From: Nemertoderma westbladi
Lineage: Eukaryota; Animalia; Xenacoelomorpha
Assembly: GCA_032718475.1 (NCBI GenBank)
Contig: JAUCBJ010008602.1
Location: 1 to 64,000, forward strand
DNA: 64,000 nucleotides
Direction: 5' to 3'
Shown: positions 1 to 15,746 of the stretch, in pieces
Layout: every line of letters starts with the position of its first letter
Position numbering within the stretch: the first letter of the stretch is position 1
Translations under genes and position numbers: made by a program
Notes under the pieces: model-generated
What the model was told of the DNA's origin: nothing
Seen by the model: the letters and a program-made list of their open reading frames with translations, nothing else
The model's database searches: none

Positions 1-1006
1 CATCCAGGAATTCTACGTCCACATCATGGCTATTTTCAGTTTGCATTGCATGTGCTACAGTATTCTATATTAGGTAACGTTGCCTTATTAATGTTAGACA
101 TAAATTTTAAACATATTTTATCTATAACATGTAGGGGCCTACTATGGCATTAGTCTAGGTGTGTGTACCATGTGGGAATTATTGAAAAACAATTTTATAT
201 ATTTATTTTAAAATATTTCACAATGGAAGAAGTTTCGATGGACGATATTTTATGCTGAGTGAGAAGACTTACAACAAATAAAACAACATAAGTGTTGGCA
301 AAAAGTAACATTTTTTCTTCTTCTTTTTTTTCTCTTTTTTTCTTTCTTATTTATCTCGCTACGCTCAACAAAAAAAGTATACTTTTTTTACCACCACTTA
401 AATAGTTTGTGTATGGAATTAATTTTGCACTACCCAATGGGTATACCCACGGGCATTCCATTATTCCAATAATAATACCCACTACTTTTTGACAAATTTT
501 TTAACAAGAAATAATCTAAATTACTAGGACTAGCTACTATCGTAGGGGCCTACTGCCAGAAGGTAAATTTATAATCTAGAACAAAAAAAGCTTTTGCTCC
601 TCCACTCCACCCATACAAAATTACTACAATTAGAATGTCCTAGAACATTAGCTAGTGTCAAATTTTGGCTTTATACACTAGCTAATCAATTTTTCTAAAT
701 AAATGACCCACGTCAAGTTTAGACAACTAATATTCGATCTTAACTCGCCCTATGTTTTTTGTTACAGCTAGTGTTTTCTAATTCTTTTTTTAGAAATGAT
801 ATAAGTCATGTTAACTATTGTTCGGTAAAAAAAATATATTCTAGAACAAATACTTTTTGTTCAAGAACACTTTTAAAAAATTTGCCCAATTTTATCAACT
901 TATTTATTATGTCAAAAATTATTTCATTATCTGAAATCTGGTCTAATGAAAAACAATCGATTAGGCGAAGGCGGAAAGGGACAACAGAGAAGCAAACTTC
1001 AGAACC

Positions 1007-4000
1007 ATGGTTAGCCACCATATGGACTATATGGTTAGCCACCATATGGACTATATGGTTAGCCACCATATGGACTATATGGTTAGCCACCATATGGACT
1101 ATATGGTTAGCCACCATATGGACTATATGGTTAGCCACCATATGGACTATATGGTTAGCCACCATATGGACTATATGGTTAGCCACCATATGGACTATAT
1201 GGTTAGCCACCATATGGACTATATGGTTAGCCACCATATGGACTATATGGTTAGCCACCATATGGACTATATGGTTAGCCACCATATGGACTATATGGTT
1301 AGCCACCATATGGACTATATGGCTAGCCACCATATGGACTATATGGTTAGCCACCATATGGACTATATGGCTAGCCACCATATGGACTATATGGTTAGCT
1401 ACCATATGGACTATATGGTTAGCTACCATATGGACTATATGGTTAGCCACCATATGGACTATATGGCTAGCCACCATATGGACTATATGGTTAGCTACCA
1501 TATGGACTATATGGTTAGCTACCATATGGACTATATGGTTAGCCACCATATGGACTATATGGTTAGCCACCATATGGACTATATGGCTAGCCACCATATG
1601 GACTATATGGTTAGCTACCATATGGACTATATGGTTAGCTACCATATGGACTATATGGTTAGCCACCATATGGACTATATGGTTAGCCACCATATGGACT
1701 ATATGGCTAGCCACCATATGGACTATATGGTTAGCTACCATATGGACTATATGGTTAGCCACCATATGGACTATATGGTTAGCCACCATATGGACTATAT
1801 GGCTAGCCACCATATGGACTATATGGTTAGCTACCATATGGACTATATGGTTAGCCACCATATGGACTATATGGTTAGCCACCATATGGACTATATGGTT
1901 AGCCACCATATGGACTATATGGTTAGCCACCATATGGACTATATGGTTAGCCACCATATGGACTATATGGTTAGCCACCATATGGACTATATGGTTAGCT
2001 ACCATATGGACTATATGGTTAGCCACCATATGGACTATATGGTTAGCCACCATATGGACTATATGGTTAGCTACCATATGGACTATATGGTTAGCCACCA
2101 TATGGACTATATGGTTAGCCACCATATGGACTATATGGTTAGCTACCATATGGACTATATGGTTAGCCACCATATGGACTATATGGTTAGCTACCATATG
2201 GACTATATGGTTAGCCACCATATGGACTATATGGTTAGCTACCATATGGACTATATGGTTAGCCACCATATGGACTATATGGTTAGCCACCATATGGACT
2301 ATATGGTTAGCCACCATATGGACTATATGGTTAGCCACCATATGGACTATATGGTTAGCCACCATATGGACTATATGGTTAGCCACCATATGGACTATAT
2401 GGTTAGCCACCATATGGACTATATGGTTAGCCACCATATGGACTATATGGTTAGCCACCATATGGACTATATGGTTAGCCACCATATGGACTATATGGTT
2501 AGCCACCATATGGACTATATGGTTAGCCACCATATGGACTATATGGTTAGCCACCATATGGACTATATGGTTAGCCACCATATGGACTATATGGTTAGCC
2601 ACCATATGGACTATATGGTTAGCCACCATATGGACTATATGGTTAGCCACCATATGGACTATATGGTTAGCTACCATATGGACTATATGGTTAGCCACCA
2701 TATGGACTATATGGTTAGCCACCATATGGACTATATGGTTAGCTACCATATGGACTATATGGTTAGCCACCATATGGACTATATGGTTAGCTACCATATG
2801 GACTATATGGTTAGCCACCATATGGACTATATGGTTAGCTACCATATGGACTATATGGTTAGCCACCATATGGACTATATGGTTAGCCACCATATGGACT
2901 ATATGGTTAGCCACCATATGGACTATATGGTTAGCCACCATATGGACTATATGGTTAGCCACCATATGGACTATATGGTTAGCCACCATATGGACTATAT
3001 GGTTAGCCACCATATGGACTATATGGTTAGCCACCATATGGACTATATGGTTAGCCACCATATGGACTATATGGTTAGCCACCATATGGACTATATGGTT
3101 AGCCACCATATGGACTATATGGTTAGCCACCATATGGACTATATGGTTAGCCACCATATGGACTATATGGTTAGCCACCATATGGACTATATGGTTAGCC
3201 ACCATATGGACTATATGGTTAGCCACCATATGGACTATATGGTTAGCCACCATATGGACTATATGGTTAGCCACCATATGGACTATATGGTTAGCCACCA
3301 TATGGACTATATGGTTAGCCACCATATGGACTATATGGTTAGCCACCATATGGACTATATGGTTAGCCACCATATGGACTATATGGTTAGCCACCATATG
3401 GACTATATGGTTAGCCACCATATGGACTATATGGTTAGCCACCATATGGACTATATGGTTAGCCACCATATGGACTATATGGTTAGCCACCATATGGACT
3501 ATATGGTTAGCCACCATATGGACTATATGGTTAGCCACCATATGGACTATATGGTTAGCCACCATATGGACTATATGGTTGGCCACCATATGGACTATAT
3601 GGTTGGCCACCATATGGACTATATGGTTAGCCACCATATGGACTATATGGTTGGCCACCATATGGACTATATGGTTGGCCACCATATGGACTATATGGTT
3701 GGCCACCATATGGACTATATGGTTGGCCACCATATGGACTATATGGTTGGCCACCATATGGACTATATGGTTAGCCACCATATGGACTATATGGTTAGCC
3801 ACCATATGGACTATATGGTTAGCCACCATATGGACTATATGGTTAGCCACCATATGGACTATATGGTTAGCCACCATATGGACTATATGGTTAGCCACCA
3901 TATGGACTATATGGTTAGCCACCATATGGACTATATGGTTGGCCACCATATGGACTATATGGTTGGCCACCATATGGACTATATGGTTAGCCACCATATG

Positions 4001-7000
4001 GACTATATGGTTGGCCACCATATGGACTATATGGTTGGCCACCATATGGACTATATGGTTGGCCACCATATGAACTATATGGTTGGCCACCATATGGACT
4101 ATATGGTTGGCCACCATATGGACTATATGGTTAGCCACCATATGGACTATATGGTTGGCCACCATATGGACTATATGGTTGGCCACCATATGGACTATAT
4201 GGTTGGCCACCATATGGACTATATGGTTGGCCACCATATGGACTATATGGTTGGCCACCATATGGACTATATGGTTGGCCACCATATGGACTATATGGTT
4301 GGCCACCATATGGACTATATGGTTAGCCACCATATGGACTATATGGTTGGCCACCATATGGACTATATGGTTGGCCACCATATGGACTATATGGTTGGCC
4401 ACCATATGAACTATATGGTTGGCCACCATATGGACTATATGGTTAGCCACCATATGGACTATATGGTTAGCCACCATATGGACTATATGGTTAGCCACCA
4501 TATGGACTATATGGTTGGCCACCATATGAACTATATGGTTGGCCACCATATGGACTATATGGTTAGCCACCATATGGACTATATGGTTAGCCACCATATG
4601 GACTATATGGTTAGCCACCATATGGACTATATGGTTGGCCACCATATGGACTATATGGTTGGCCACCATATGAACTATATGGTTGGCCACCATATGGACT
4701 ATATGGTTAGCCACCATATGGACTATAGGGTTAGCCACCATATGGACTATATGGTTAGCCACCATATGGACTATAGGGTTAGCCACCATATGGACTATAG
4801 GGTTAGCCACCATATGGACTATATGGTTAGCCACCATCTGGACTATATGGTTAGCCACCATATGGACTATAGGGTTAGCCACCATATGGACTATAGGGTT
4901 AGCCACCATATGGACTATATGGTTAGCCACCATATGGACTATATGGTTGGCCACCATATGGACTATATGGTTGGCCACCATATGGACTATATGGTTGGCC
5001 ACCATATGGACTATATGGTTAGCCACCATATGGACTATATGGTTAGCCACCATATGGACTATATGGTTAGCCACCATATGGACTATATGGTTGGCCACCA
5101 TATGGACTATATGGTTGGCCACCATATGGACTATATGGTTAGCCACCATATGGACTATATGGTTAGCCACCATATGGACTATATGGTTAGCCACCATATG
5201 GACTATATGGTTGGCCACCATATGGACTATATGGTTGGCCACCATATGAACTATATGGTTGGCCACCATATGGACTATATGGTTAGCCACCATATGGACT
5301 ATATGGTTAGCCACCATATGGACTATATGGTTAGCCACCATATGGACTATATGGTTGGCCACCATATGGACTATATGGTTGGCCACCATATGGACTATAT
5401 GGTTGGCCACCATATGGACTATATGGTTAGCCACCATATGGACTATAGGGTTAGCCACCATATGGACTATATGGTTAGCCACCATATGGACTATAGGGTT
5501 AGCCACCATATGGACTATAGGGTTAGCCACCATATGGACTATATGGTTAGCCACCATCTGGACTATATGGTTAGCCACCATATGGACTATAGGGTTAGCC
5601 ACCATATGGACTATAGGGTTAGCCACCATATGGACTATATGGTTAGCCACCATATGGACTATATGGTTGGCCACCATATGGACTATATGGTTAGCCACCA
5701 TATGGACTATATGGTTAGCCACCATATGGACTATAGGGTTAGCCACCATATGGACTATATGGTTAGCCACCATATGGACTATATGGTTGGCCACCATATG
5801 GACTATATGGTTGGCCACCATATGGACTATATGGTTAGCCACCATATGGACTATATGGTTAGCCACCATATGGACTATATGGTTAGCCACCATATGGACT
5901 ATATGGTTGGCCACCATATGGACTATATGGTTGGCCACCATATGGACTATATGGTTGGCCACCATATGGACTATATGGTTAGCCACCATATGGACTATAT
6001 GGTTAGCCACCATATGGACTATATGGTTAGCCACCATATGGACTATAGGGTTAGCCACCATATGGACTATAGGGTTAGCCACCATATGGACTATATGGTT
6101 AGCCACCATCTGGACTATATGGTTAGCCACCATATGGACTATAGGGTTAGCCACCATATGGACTATAGGGTTAGCCACCATATGGACTATATGGTTAGCC
6201 ACCATATGGACTATATGGTTGGCCACCATATGGACTATATGGTTGGCCACCATATGGACTATATGGTTGGCCACCATATGGACTATATGGTTGGCCACCA
6301 TATGGACTATATGGTTGGCCACCATATGGACTATATGGTTGGCCACCATATGGACTATATGGTTGGCCACCATATGGACTATATGGTTGGCCACCATATG
6401 GACTATATGGTTGGCCACCATATGGACTATATGGTTGGCCACCATATGGACTATATGGTTAGCCACCATATGGACTATATGGTTAGCCACCATATGGACT
6501 ATATGGTTAGCCACCATATGGACTATATGGTTAGCCACCATATGGACTATATGGTTAGCCACCATATGGACTATATGGTTAGCCACCATATGGACTATAG
6601 GGTTAGCCACCATATGGACTATAGGGTTAGCCACCATATGGACTATATGGTTAGCCACCATATGGACTATATGGTTAGCCACCATCTGGACTATATGGTT
6701 AGCCACCATATGGACTATAGGGTTAGCCACCATATGGACTATAGGGTTAGCCACCATATGGACTATATGGTTGGCCACCATATGGACTATATGGTTGGCC
6801 ACCATATGGACTATATGGTTGGCCACCATATGGACTATATGGTTAGCCACCATATGGACTATATGGTTGGCCACCATATGGACTATATGGTTGGCCACCA
6901 TATGGACTATATGGTTGGCCACCATATGGACTATATGGTTGGCCACCATATGGACTATATGGTTAGCCACCATATGGACTATATGGTTAGCCACCATATG

Positions 7001-10000
7001 GACTATATGGTTAGCCACCATATGGACTATATGGTTGGCCACCATATGGACTATATGGTTGGCCACCATATGGACTATATGGTTAGCCACCATATGGACT
7101 ATATGGTTAGCCACCATATGGACTATATGGTTAGCCACCATATGGACTATATGGTTGGCCACCATATGGACTATATGGTTGGCCACCATATGAACTATAT
7201 GGTTGGCCACCATATGGACTATATGGTTAGCCACCATATGGACTATAGGGTTAGCCACCATATGGACTATATGGTTAGCCACCATATGGACTATAGGGTT
7301 AGCCACCATATGGACTATAGGGTTAGCCACCATATGGACTATATGGTTAGCCACCATATGGACTATATGGTTAGCCACCATATGGACTATAGGGTTAGCC
7401 ACCATATGGACTATAGGGTTAGCCACCATATGGACTATATGGTTAGCCACCATATGGACTATATGGTTGGCCACCATATGGACTATATGGTTGGCCACCA
7501 TATGGACTATATGGTTGGCCACCATATGGACTATATGGTTAGCCACCATATGGACTATATGGTTAGCCACCATATGGACTATATGGTTAGCCACCATATG
7601 GACTATATGGTTGGCCACCATATGGACTATATGGTTGGCCACCATATGGACTATATGGTTGAGCCACCATATGGACTATATGGTTAGCCACCATATGGAC
7701 TATATGGTTAGCCACCATATGGACTATATGGTTGGCCACCATATGGACTATATGGTTGGCCACCATATGGACTATATGGTTGGCCACCATATGGACTATA
7801 TGGTTAGCCACCATATGGACTATATGGTTAGCCACCATATGGACTATATGGTTAGCCACCATATGGACTATATGGTTGGCCACCATATGGACTATATGGT
7901 TGGCCACCATATGGACTATATGGTTGGCCACCATATGGACTATATGGTTAGCCACCATATGGACTATAGGGTTAGCCACCATATGGACTATATGGTTAGC
8001 CACCATATGGACTATAGGGTTAGCCACCATATGGACTATAGGGTTAGCCACCATATGGACTATATGGTTAGCCACCATATGGACTATATGGTTAGCCACC
8101 ATATGGACTATAGGGTTAGCCACCATATGGACTATAGGGTTAGCCACCATATGGACTATATGGTTAGCCACCATATGGACTATATGGTTGGCCACCATAT
8201 GGACTATATGGTTGGCCACCATATGGACTATATGGTTGGCCACCATATGGACTATATGGTTGGCCACCATATGGACTATATGGTTGGCCACCATATGGAC
8301 TATATGGTTGGCCACCATATGGACTATATGGTTGGCCACCATATGGACTATATGGTTGGCCACCATATGGACTATATGGTTGGCCACCATATGGACTATA
8401 TGGTTGGCCACCATATGGACTATATGGTTAGCCACCATATGGACTATATGGTTAGCCACCATATGGACTATATGGTTAGCCACCATATGGACTATATGGT
8501 TAGCCACCATATGGACTATATGGTTAGCCACCATATGGACTATATGGTTAGCCACCATATGGACTATATGGTTAGCCACCATATGGACTATATGGTTAGC
8601 CACCATATGGACTATATGGTTAGCCACCATATGGACTATATGGTTAGCCACCATATGGACTATATGGTTAGCCACCATATGGACTATATGGTTAGCCACC
8701 ATATGGACTATATGGTTAGCCACCATATGGACTATATGGTTAGCCACCATATGGACTATAGGGTTAGCCACCATATGGACTATAGGGTTAGCCACCATAT
8801 GGACTATATGGTTAGCCACCATATGGACTATATGGTTAGCCACCATATGGACTATATGGTTAGCCACCATATGGACTATATGGTTAGCCACCATATGGAC
8901 TATATGGTTAGCCACCATATGGACTATATGGTTAGCCACCATATGGACTATATGGTTAGCCACCATATGGACTATATGGTTAGCCACCATATGGACTATA
9001 TGGTTAGCCACCATATGGACTATATGGTTAGCCACCATATGGACTATATGGTTAGCCACCATATGGACTATATGGTTAGCCACCATATGGACTATATGGT
9101 TAGCCACCATATGGACTATATGGTTAGCCACCATATGGACTATATGGTTAGCCACCATATGGACTATATGGTTAGCCACCATATGGACTATATGGTTAGC
9201 CACCATATGGACTATATGGTTAGCCACCATATGGACTATATGGTTAGCCACCATATGGACTATATGGTTAGCCACCATATGGACTATATGGTTAGCCACC
9301 ATATGGACTATATGGTTAGCCACCATATGGACTATATGGTTAGCCACCATATGGACTATATGGTTAGCCACCATATGGACTATATGGTTAGCCACCATAT
9401 GGACTATATGGTTAGCCACCATATGGACTATATGGTTAGCCACCATATGGACTATATGGTTAGCCACCATATGGACTATATGGTTAGCCACCATATGGAC
9501 TATATGGTTAGCCACCATATGGACTATATGGTTAGCCACCATATGGACTATATGGTTAGCCACCATATGGACTATATGGTTAGCCACCATATGGACTATA
9601 TGGTTAGCCACCATATGGACTATATGGTTAGCCACCATATGGACTATATGGTTAGCCACCATATGGACTATATGGTTAGCCACCATATGGACTATATGGT
9701 TAGCCACCATATGGACTATATGGTTAGCCACCATATGGACTATATGGTTAGCCACCATATGGACTATATGGTTAGCCACCATATGGACTATATGGTTAGC
9801 CACCATATGGACTATATGGTTAGCCACCATATGGACTATATGGTTAGCCACCATATGGACTATATGGTTAGCCACCATATGGACTATATGGTTAGCCACC
9901 ATATGGACTATATGGTTAGCCACCATATGGACTATATGGTTAGCCACCATATGGACTATATGGTTAGCCACCATATGGACTATATGGTTAGCCACCATAT

Positions 10001-13000
10001 GGACTATATGGTTAGCCACCATATGGACTATATGGTTAGCCACCATATGGACTATATGGTTAGCCACCATATGGACTATATGGTTAGCCACCATATGGAC
10101 TATATGGTTAGCCACCATATGGACTATATGGTTAGCCACCATATGGACTATATGGTTAGCCACCATATGGACTATATGGTTAGCCACCATATGGACTATA
10201 TGGTTAGCCACCATATGGACTATATGGTTAGCCACCATATGGACTATATGGTTAGCCACCATATGGACTATATGGTTAGCCACCATATGGACTATATGGT
10301 TAGCCACCATATGGACTATATGGTTAGCCACCATATGGACTATATGGTTAGCCACCATATGGACTATATGGTTAGCCACCATATGGACTATATGGTTAGC
10401 CACCATATGGACTATATGGTTAGCCACCATATGGACTATATGGTTAGCCACCATATGGACTATATGGTTAGCCACCATATGGACTATATGGTTAGCCACC
10501 ATATGGACTATATGGTTAGCCACCATATGGACTATATGGTTAGCCACCATATGGACTATATGGTTAGCCACCATATGGACTATATGGTTAGCCACCATAT
10601 GGACTATATGGTTAGCCACCATATGGACTATATGGTTAGCCACCATATGGACTATATGGTTAGCCACCATATGGACTATATGGTTAGCCACCATATGGAC
10701 TATATGGTTAGCCACCATATGGACTATATGGTTAGCCACCATATGGACTATATGGTTAGCCACCATATGGACTATATGGTTAGCCACCATATGGACTATA
10801 TGGTTAGCCACCATATGGACTATATGGTTAGCCACCATATGGACTATATGGTTAGCCACCATATGGACTATATGGTTAGCCACCATATGGACTATATGGT
10901 TAGCCACCATATGGACTATATGGTTAGCCACCATATGGACTATATGGTTAGCCACCATATGGACTATATGGTTAGCCACCATATGGACTATATGGTTAGC
11001 CACCATATGGACTATATGGTTAGCCACCATATGGACTATATGGTTAGCCACCATATGGACTATATGGTTAGCCACCATATGGACTATATGGTTAGCCACC
11101 ATATGGACTATATGGTTAGCCACCATATGGACTATATGGTTAGCCACCATATGGACTATATGGTTAGCCACCATATGGACTATATGGTTAGCCACCATAT
11201 GGACTATATGGTTAGCCACCATATGGACTATATGGTTAGCCACCATATGGACTATATGGTTAGCCACCATATGGACTATATGGTTAGCCACCATATGGAC
11301 TATATGGTTAGCCACCATATGGACTATATGGTTAGCCACCATATGGACTATATGGTTAGCCACCATATGGACTATATGGTTAGCCACCATATGGACTATA
11401 TGGTTAGCCACCATATGGACTATATGGTTAGCCACCATATGGACTATATGGTTAGCCACCATATGGACTATATGGTTAGCCACCATATGGACTATATGGT
11501 TAGCCACCATATGGACTATATGGTTAGCCACCATATGGACTATATGGTTAGCCACCATATGGACTATATGGTTAGCCACCATATGGACTATATGGTTAGC
11601 CACCATATGGACTATATGGTTAGCCACCATATGGACTATATGGTTAGCCACCATATGGACTATATGGTTAGCCACCATATGGACTATATGGTTAGCCACC
11701 ATATGGACTATATGGTTAGCCACCATATGGACTATATGGTTAGCCACCATATGGACTATATGGTTAGCCACCATATGGACTATATGGTTAGCCACCATAT
11801 GGACTATATGGTTAGCCACCATATGGACTATATGGTTAGCCACCATATGGACTATATGGTTAGCCACCATATGGACTATATGGTTAGCCACCATATGGAC
11901 TATATGGTTAGCCACCATATGGACTATATGGTTAGCCACCATATGGACTATATGGTTAGCCACCATATGGACTATATGGTTAGCCACCATATGGACTATA
12001 TGGTTAGCCACCATATGGACTATATGGTTAGCCACCATATGGACTATATGGTTAGCCACCATATGGACTATATGGTTAGCCACCATATGGACTATATGGT
12101 TAGCCACCATATGGACTATATGGTTAGCCACCATATGGACTATATGGTTAGCCACCATATGGACTATATGGTTAGCCACCATATGGACTATATGGTTAGC
12201 CACCATATGGACTATATGGTTAGCCACCATATGGACTATATGGTTAGCCACCATATGGACTATATGGTTAGCCACCATATGGACTATATGGTTAGCCACC
12301 ATATGGACTATATGGTTAGCCACCATATGGACTATATGGTTAGCCACCATATGGACTATATGGTTAGCCACCATATGGACTATATGGTTAGCCACCATAT
12401 GGACTATATGGTTAGCCACCATATGGACTATATGGTTAGCCACCATATGGACTATATGGTTAGCCACCATATGGACTATATGGTTAGCCACCATATGGAC
12501 TATATGGTTAGCCACCATATGGACTATATGGTTAGCCACCATATGGACTATATGGTTAGCCACCATATGGACTATATGGTTAGCCACCATATGGACTATA
12601 TGGTTAGCCACCATATGGACTATATGGTTAGCCACCATATGGACTATATGGTTAGCCACCATATGGACTATATGGTTAGCCACCATATGGACTATATGGT
12701 TAGCCACCATATGGACTATATGGTTAGCCACCATATGGACTATATGGTTAGCCACCATATGGACTATATGGTTAGCCACCATATGGACTATATGGTTAGC
12801 CACCATATGGACTATATGGTTAGCCACCATATGGACTATATGGTTAGCCACCATATGGACTATATGGTTAGCCACCATATGGACTATATGGTTAGCCACC
12901 ATATGGACTATATGGTTAGCCACCATATGGACTATATGGTTAGCCACCATATGGACTATATGGTTAGCCACCATATGGACTATATGGTTAGCCACCATAT

Positions 13001-14950
13001 GGACTATATGGTTAGCCACCATATGGACTATATGGTTAGCCACCATATGGACTATATGGTTAGCCACCATATGGACTATATGGTTAGCCACCATATGGAC
13101 TATATGGTTAGCCACCATATGGACTATATGGTTAGCCACCATATGGACTATATGGTTAGCCACCATATGGACTATATGGTTAGCCACCATATGGACTATA
13201 TGGTTGGCCACCATATGGACTATATGGTTAGCCACCATATGGACTATATGGTTAGCCACCATATGGACTATATGGTTAGCCACCATATGGACTATATGGT
13301 TAGCCACCATATGGACTATATGGTTGGCCACCATATGGACTATATGGTTGGCCACCATATGGACTATATGGTTAGCCACCATATGGACTATATGGTTAGC
13401 CACCATATGGACTATATGGTTGGCCACCATATGGACTATATGGTTGGCCACCATATGGACTATATGGTTGGCCACCATATGGACTATATGGTTGGCCACC
13501 ATATGGACTATATGGTTGGCCACCATATGGACTATATGGTTGGCCACCATATGGACTATATGGTTGGCCACCATATGGACTATATGGTTGGCCACCATAT
13601 GGACTATATGGTTAGCCACCATATGGACTATATGGTTAGCCACCATATGGACTATATGGTTAGCCACCATATGGACTATATGGTTAGCCACCATATGGAC
13701 TATATGGTTAGCCACCATATGGACTATATGGTTAGCCACCATATGGACTATATGGTTAGCCACCATATGGACTATATGGTTGGCCACCATATGGACTATA
13801 TGGTTAGCCACCATATGGACTATATGGTTAGCCACCATATGGACTATATGGTTAGCCACCATATGGACTATATGGTTGGCCACCATATGGACTATATGGT
13901 TAGCCACCATATGGACTATATGGTTAGCCACCATATGGACTATATGGTTAGCCACCATATGGACTATATGGTTAGCCACCATATGGACTATATGGTTAGC
14001 CACCATATGGACTATATGGTTGGCCACCATATGGACTATATGGTTAGCCACCATATGGACTATATGGTTAGCCACCATATGGACTATATGGTTAGCCACC
14101 ATATGGACTATATGGTTAGCCACCATATGGACTATATGGTTAGCCACCATATGGACTATATGGTTGGCCACCATATGGACTATATGGTTGGCCACCATAT
14201 GGACTATATGGTTGGCCACCATATGGACTATATGGTTGGCCACCATATGGACTATATGGTTGGCCACCATATGGACTATATGGTTAGCCACCATATGGAC
14301 TATATGGTTGGCCACCATATGGACTATATGGTTGGCCACCATATGGACTATATGGTTAGCCACCATATGGACTATATGGTTAGCCACCACATGGACTATA
14401 TGGTTAGCCACCATATGGACTATATGGTTAGCCACCATATGGACTATATGGTTAGCCACCATATGGACTATATGGTTGGCCACCATATGGACTATATGGT
14501 TGGCCACCATATGGACTATATGGTTGGCCACCATATGGACTATATGGTTGGCCACCATATGGACTATATGGTTGGCCACCATATGGACTATATGGTTGGC
14601 CACCATATGGACTATATGGTTAGCCACCATATGGACTATATGGTTAGCCACCATATGGACTATATGGTTGGCCACCATATGGACTATATGGTTAGCCACC
14701 ATATGAACTATATGGTTAGCCACCATATGGACTATATGGTTAGCCACCATATGAACTATATGGTTAGCCACCATATGAACTATATGGTTAGCCACCATAT
14801 GAACTATATGGTTAGCCACCATATGGACTATATGGTTAGCCACCATATGAACTATATGGTTAGCCACCATATGAACTATATGGTTAGCCACCATATGGAT
14901 TATATGGTTAGCCACCATATGGACTATATGGTTAGCCACCATATGGACTA
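1007..14950. repeat. 24-bp tandem satellite (ATGGTTAGCCACCATATGGACTAT)n, ~581 units
   Basis: Directly visible; 13,944 bp / 24 = 581. Point variants occur in blocks and there is one 1-bp insertion at ~7661. Confidence 0.99.
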
Positions 14951-14964
14951 GTATAAACGGCTAG

Positions 14965-15593
14965 AGTTCCGTATGCAGTCGCATTTGATATTTTGATATT
15001 AATTAATGAAATCATGTACTTTTGCATAGTAATGCTACCACCGACTTCATTGCAATATTTTTCAAAAAATAATATTGTGTTCTAGAACATTAGAAAATCG
15101 ACTAGCTAGTTATTTTTGTTTTAATTTTTTGATAAATGATTTATTATATATTAGGCCCTAAATTTTATTTTTAATTTCTAAAAATACTGCATTTTTTGTG
15201 TTCTAGAACATTAGTAGATACGTTTTTTTATTTTAGCTGGTATTTTTTATTACTAGCTAGTATCTTTTGTAATTATAATAAAATGTGAAAACATTGATAT
15301 TTCAGGTTTAAACTGTTGCAGAATATTTTAATGACCAAAAATATTGATGATATTATAGCAGTTTACATTTTTGGCATGGTAACAATGATTTATGTTATAA
15401 AAATGTAGTTTTTTTTAAATTACTAGCCATTTTAAATATGAAAAATGACCAGCTATATGTTCTAGAACATTGTATTTTTAATTTTATATATGTTCTAGAA
15501 TAGTGTATAATAATTATATTTTGTTTTAGAATTCTACATTGTTGCCCTGGTAACAATGATTTATATTTTAAAAATTCTACTGCATACGGAACT
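14965..15593. mobile_element. Putative MITE bounded by a 15-bp inverted repeat
   Basis: AGTTCCGTATGCAGT (14965-14979) is the exact reverse complement of ACTGCATACGGAACT (15579-15593). The interior is AT-rich and non-coding; no clear TSD. Confidence 0.55.
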
Positions 15594-15718
15594 GTTCCCG
15601 AATAAACTAATAAAACAAATTTCAGTTAGATTATAATCTCAATGATAATACTTTTTGGAACTGTAACCATAGCAACAAGAAGAACATTTCTAGAGCAAAT
15701 TTATAAAAAGAGTTGTAC

Positions 15719-15746
15719 CATGGCGTACTATATATAGTAGGCCATG
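15719..15746. mobile_element. 28-bp palindromic mini-transposon with 7-bp TSD (P-element-like ends)
   Basis: CATGGCGTACTATATATAGTAGGCCATG is a near-perfect palindrome, flanked by the direct repeat GTTGTAC at 15712-15718 and 15747-15753. Confidence 0.75.

Noticed and set aside
909-1006. MSKIISLSEIWSNEKQSIRR as the start of a transposon-associated SWIM/YqaJ-type protein
   Set aside because: Only a faint resemblance over ~20 aa, with no continuation after the array.
1007-14950. CRISPR array or telomere
   Set aside because: No unique spacers and no cas genes, in a eukaryotic context. TAGGGTTAG arises only in a minor variant and is not a (TTAGGG)n tract.
759-14951. Giant ORFs (WLATIWTI)n, (MVSHHMDY)n and (MVANHIVH)n as real proteins
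   Set aside because: A 24-bp unit lacking stops in three frames produces these automatically. Several common variants are synonymous in one frame or another, but others create stops or radical changes, and a 1-bp insertion shifts all frames. There is no positive evidence of coding.
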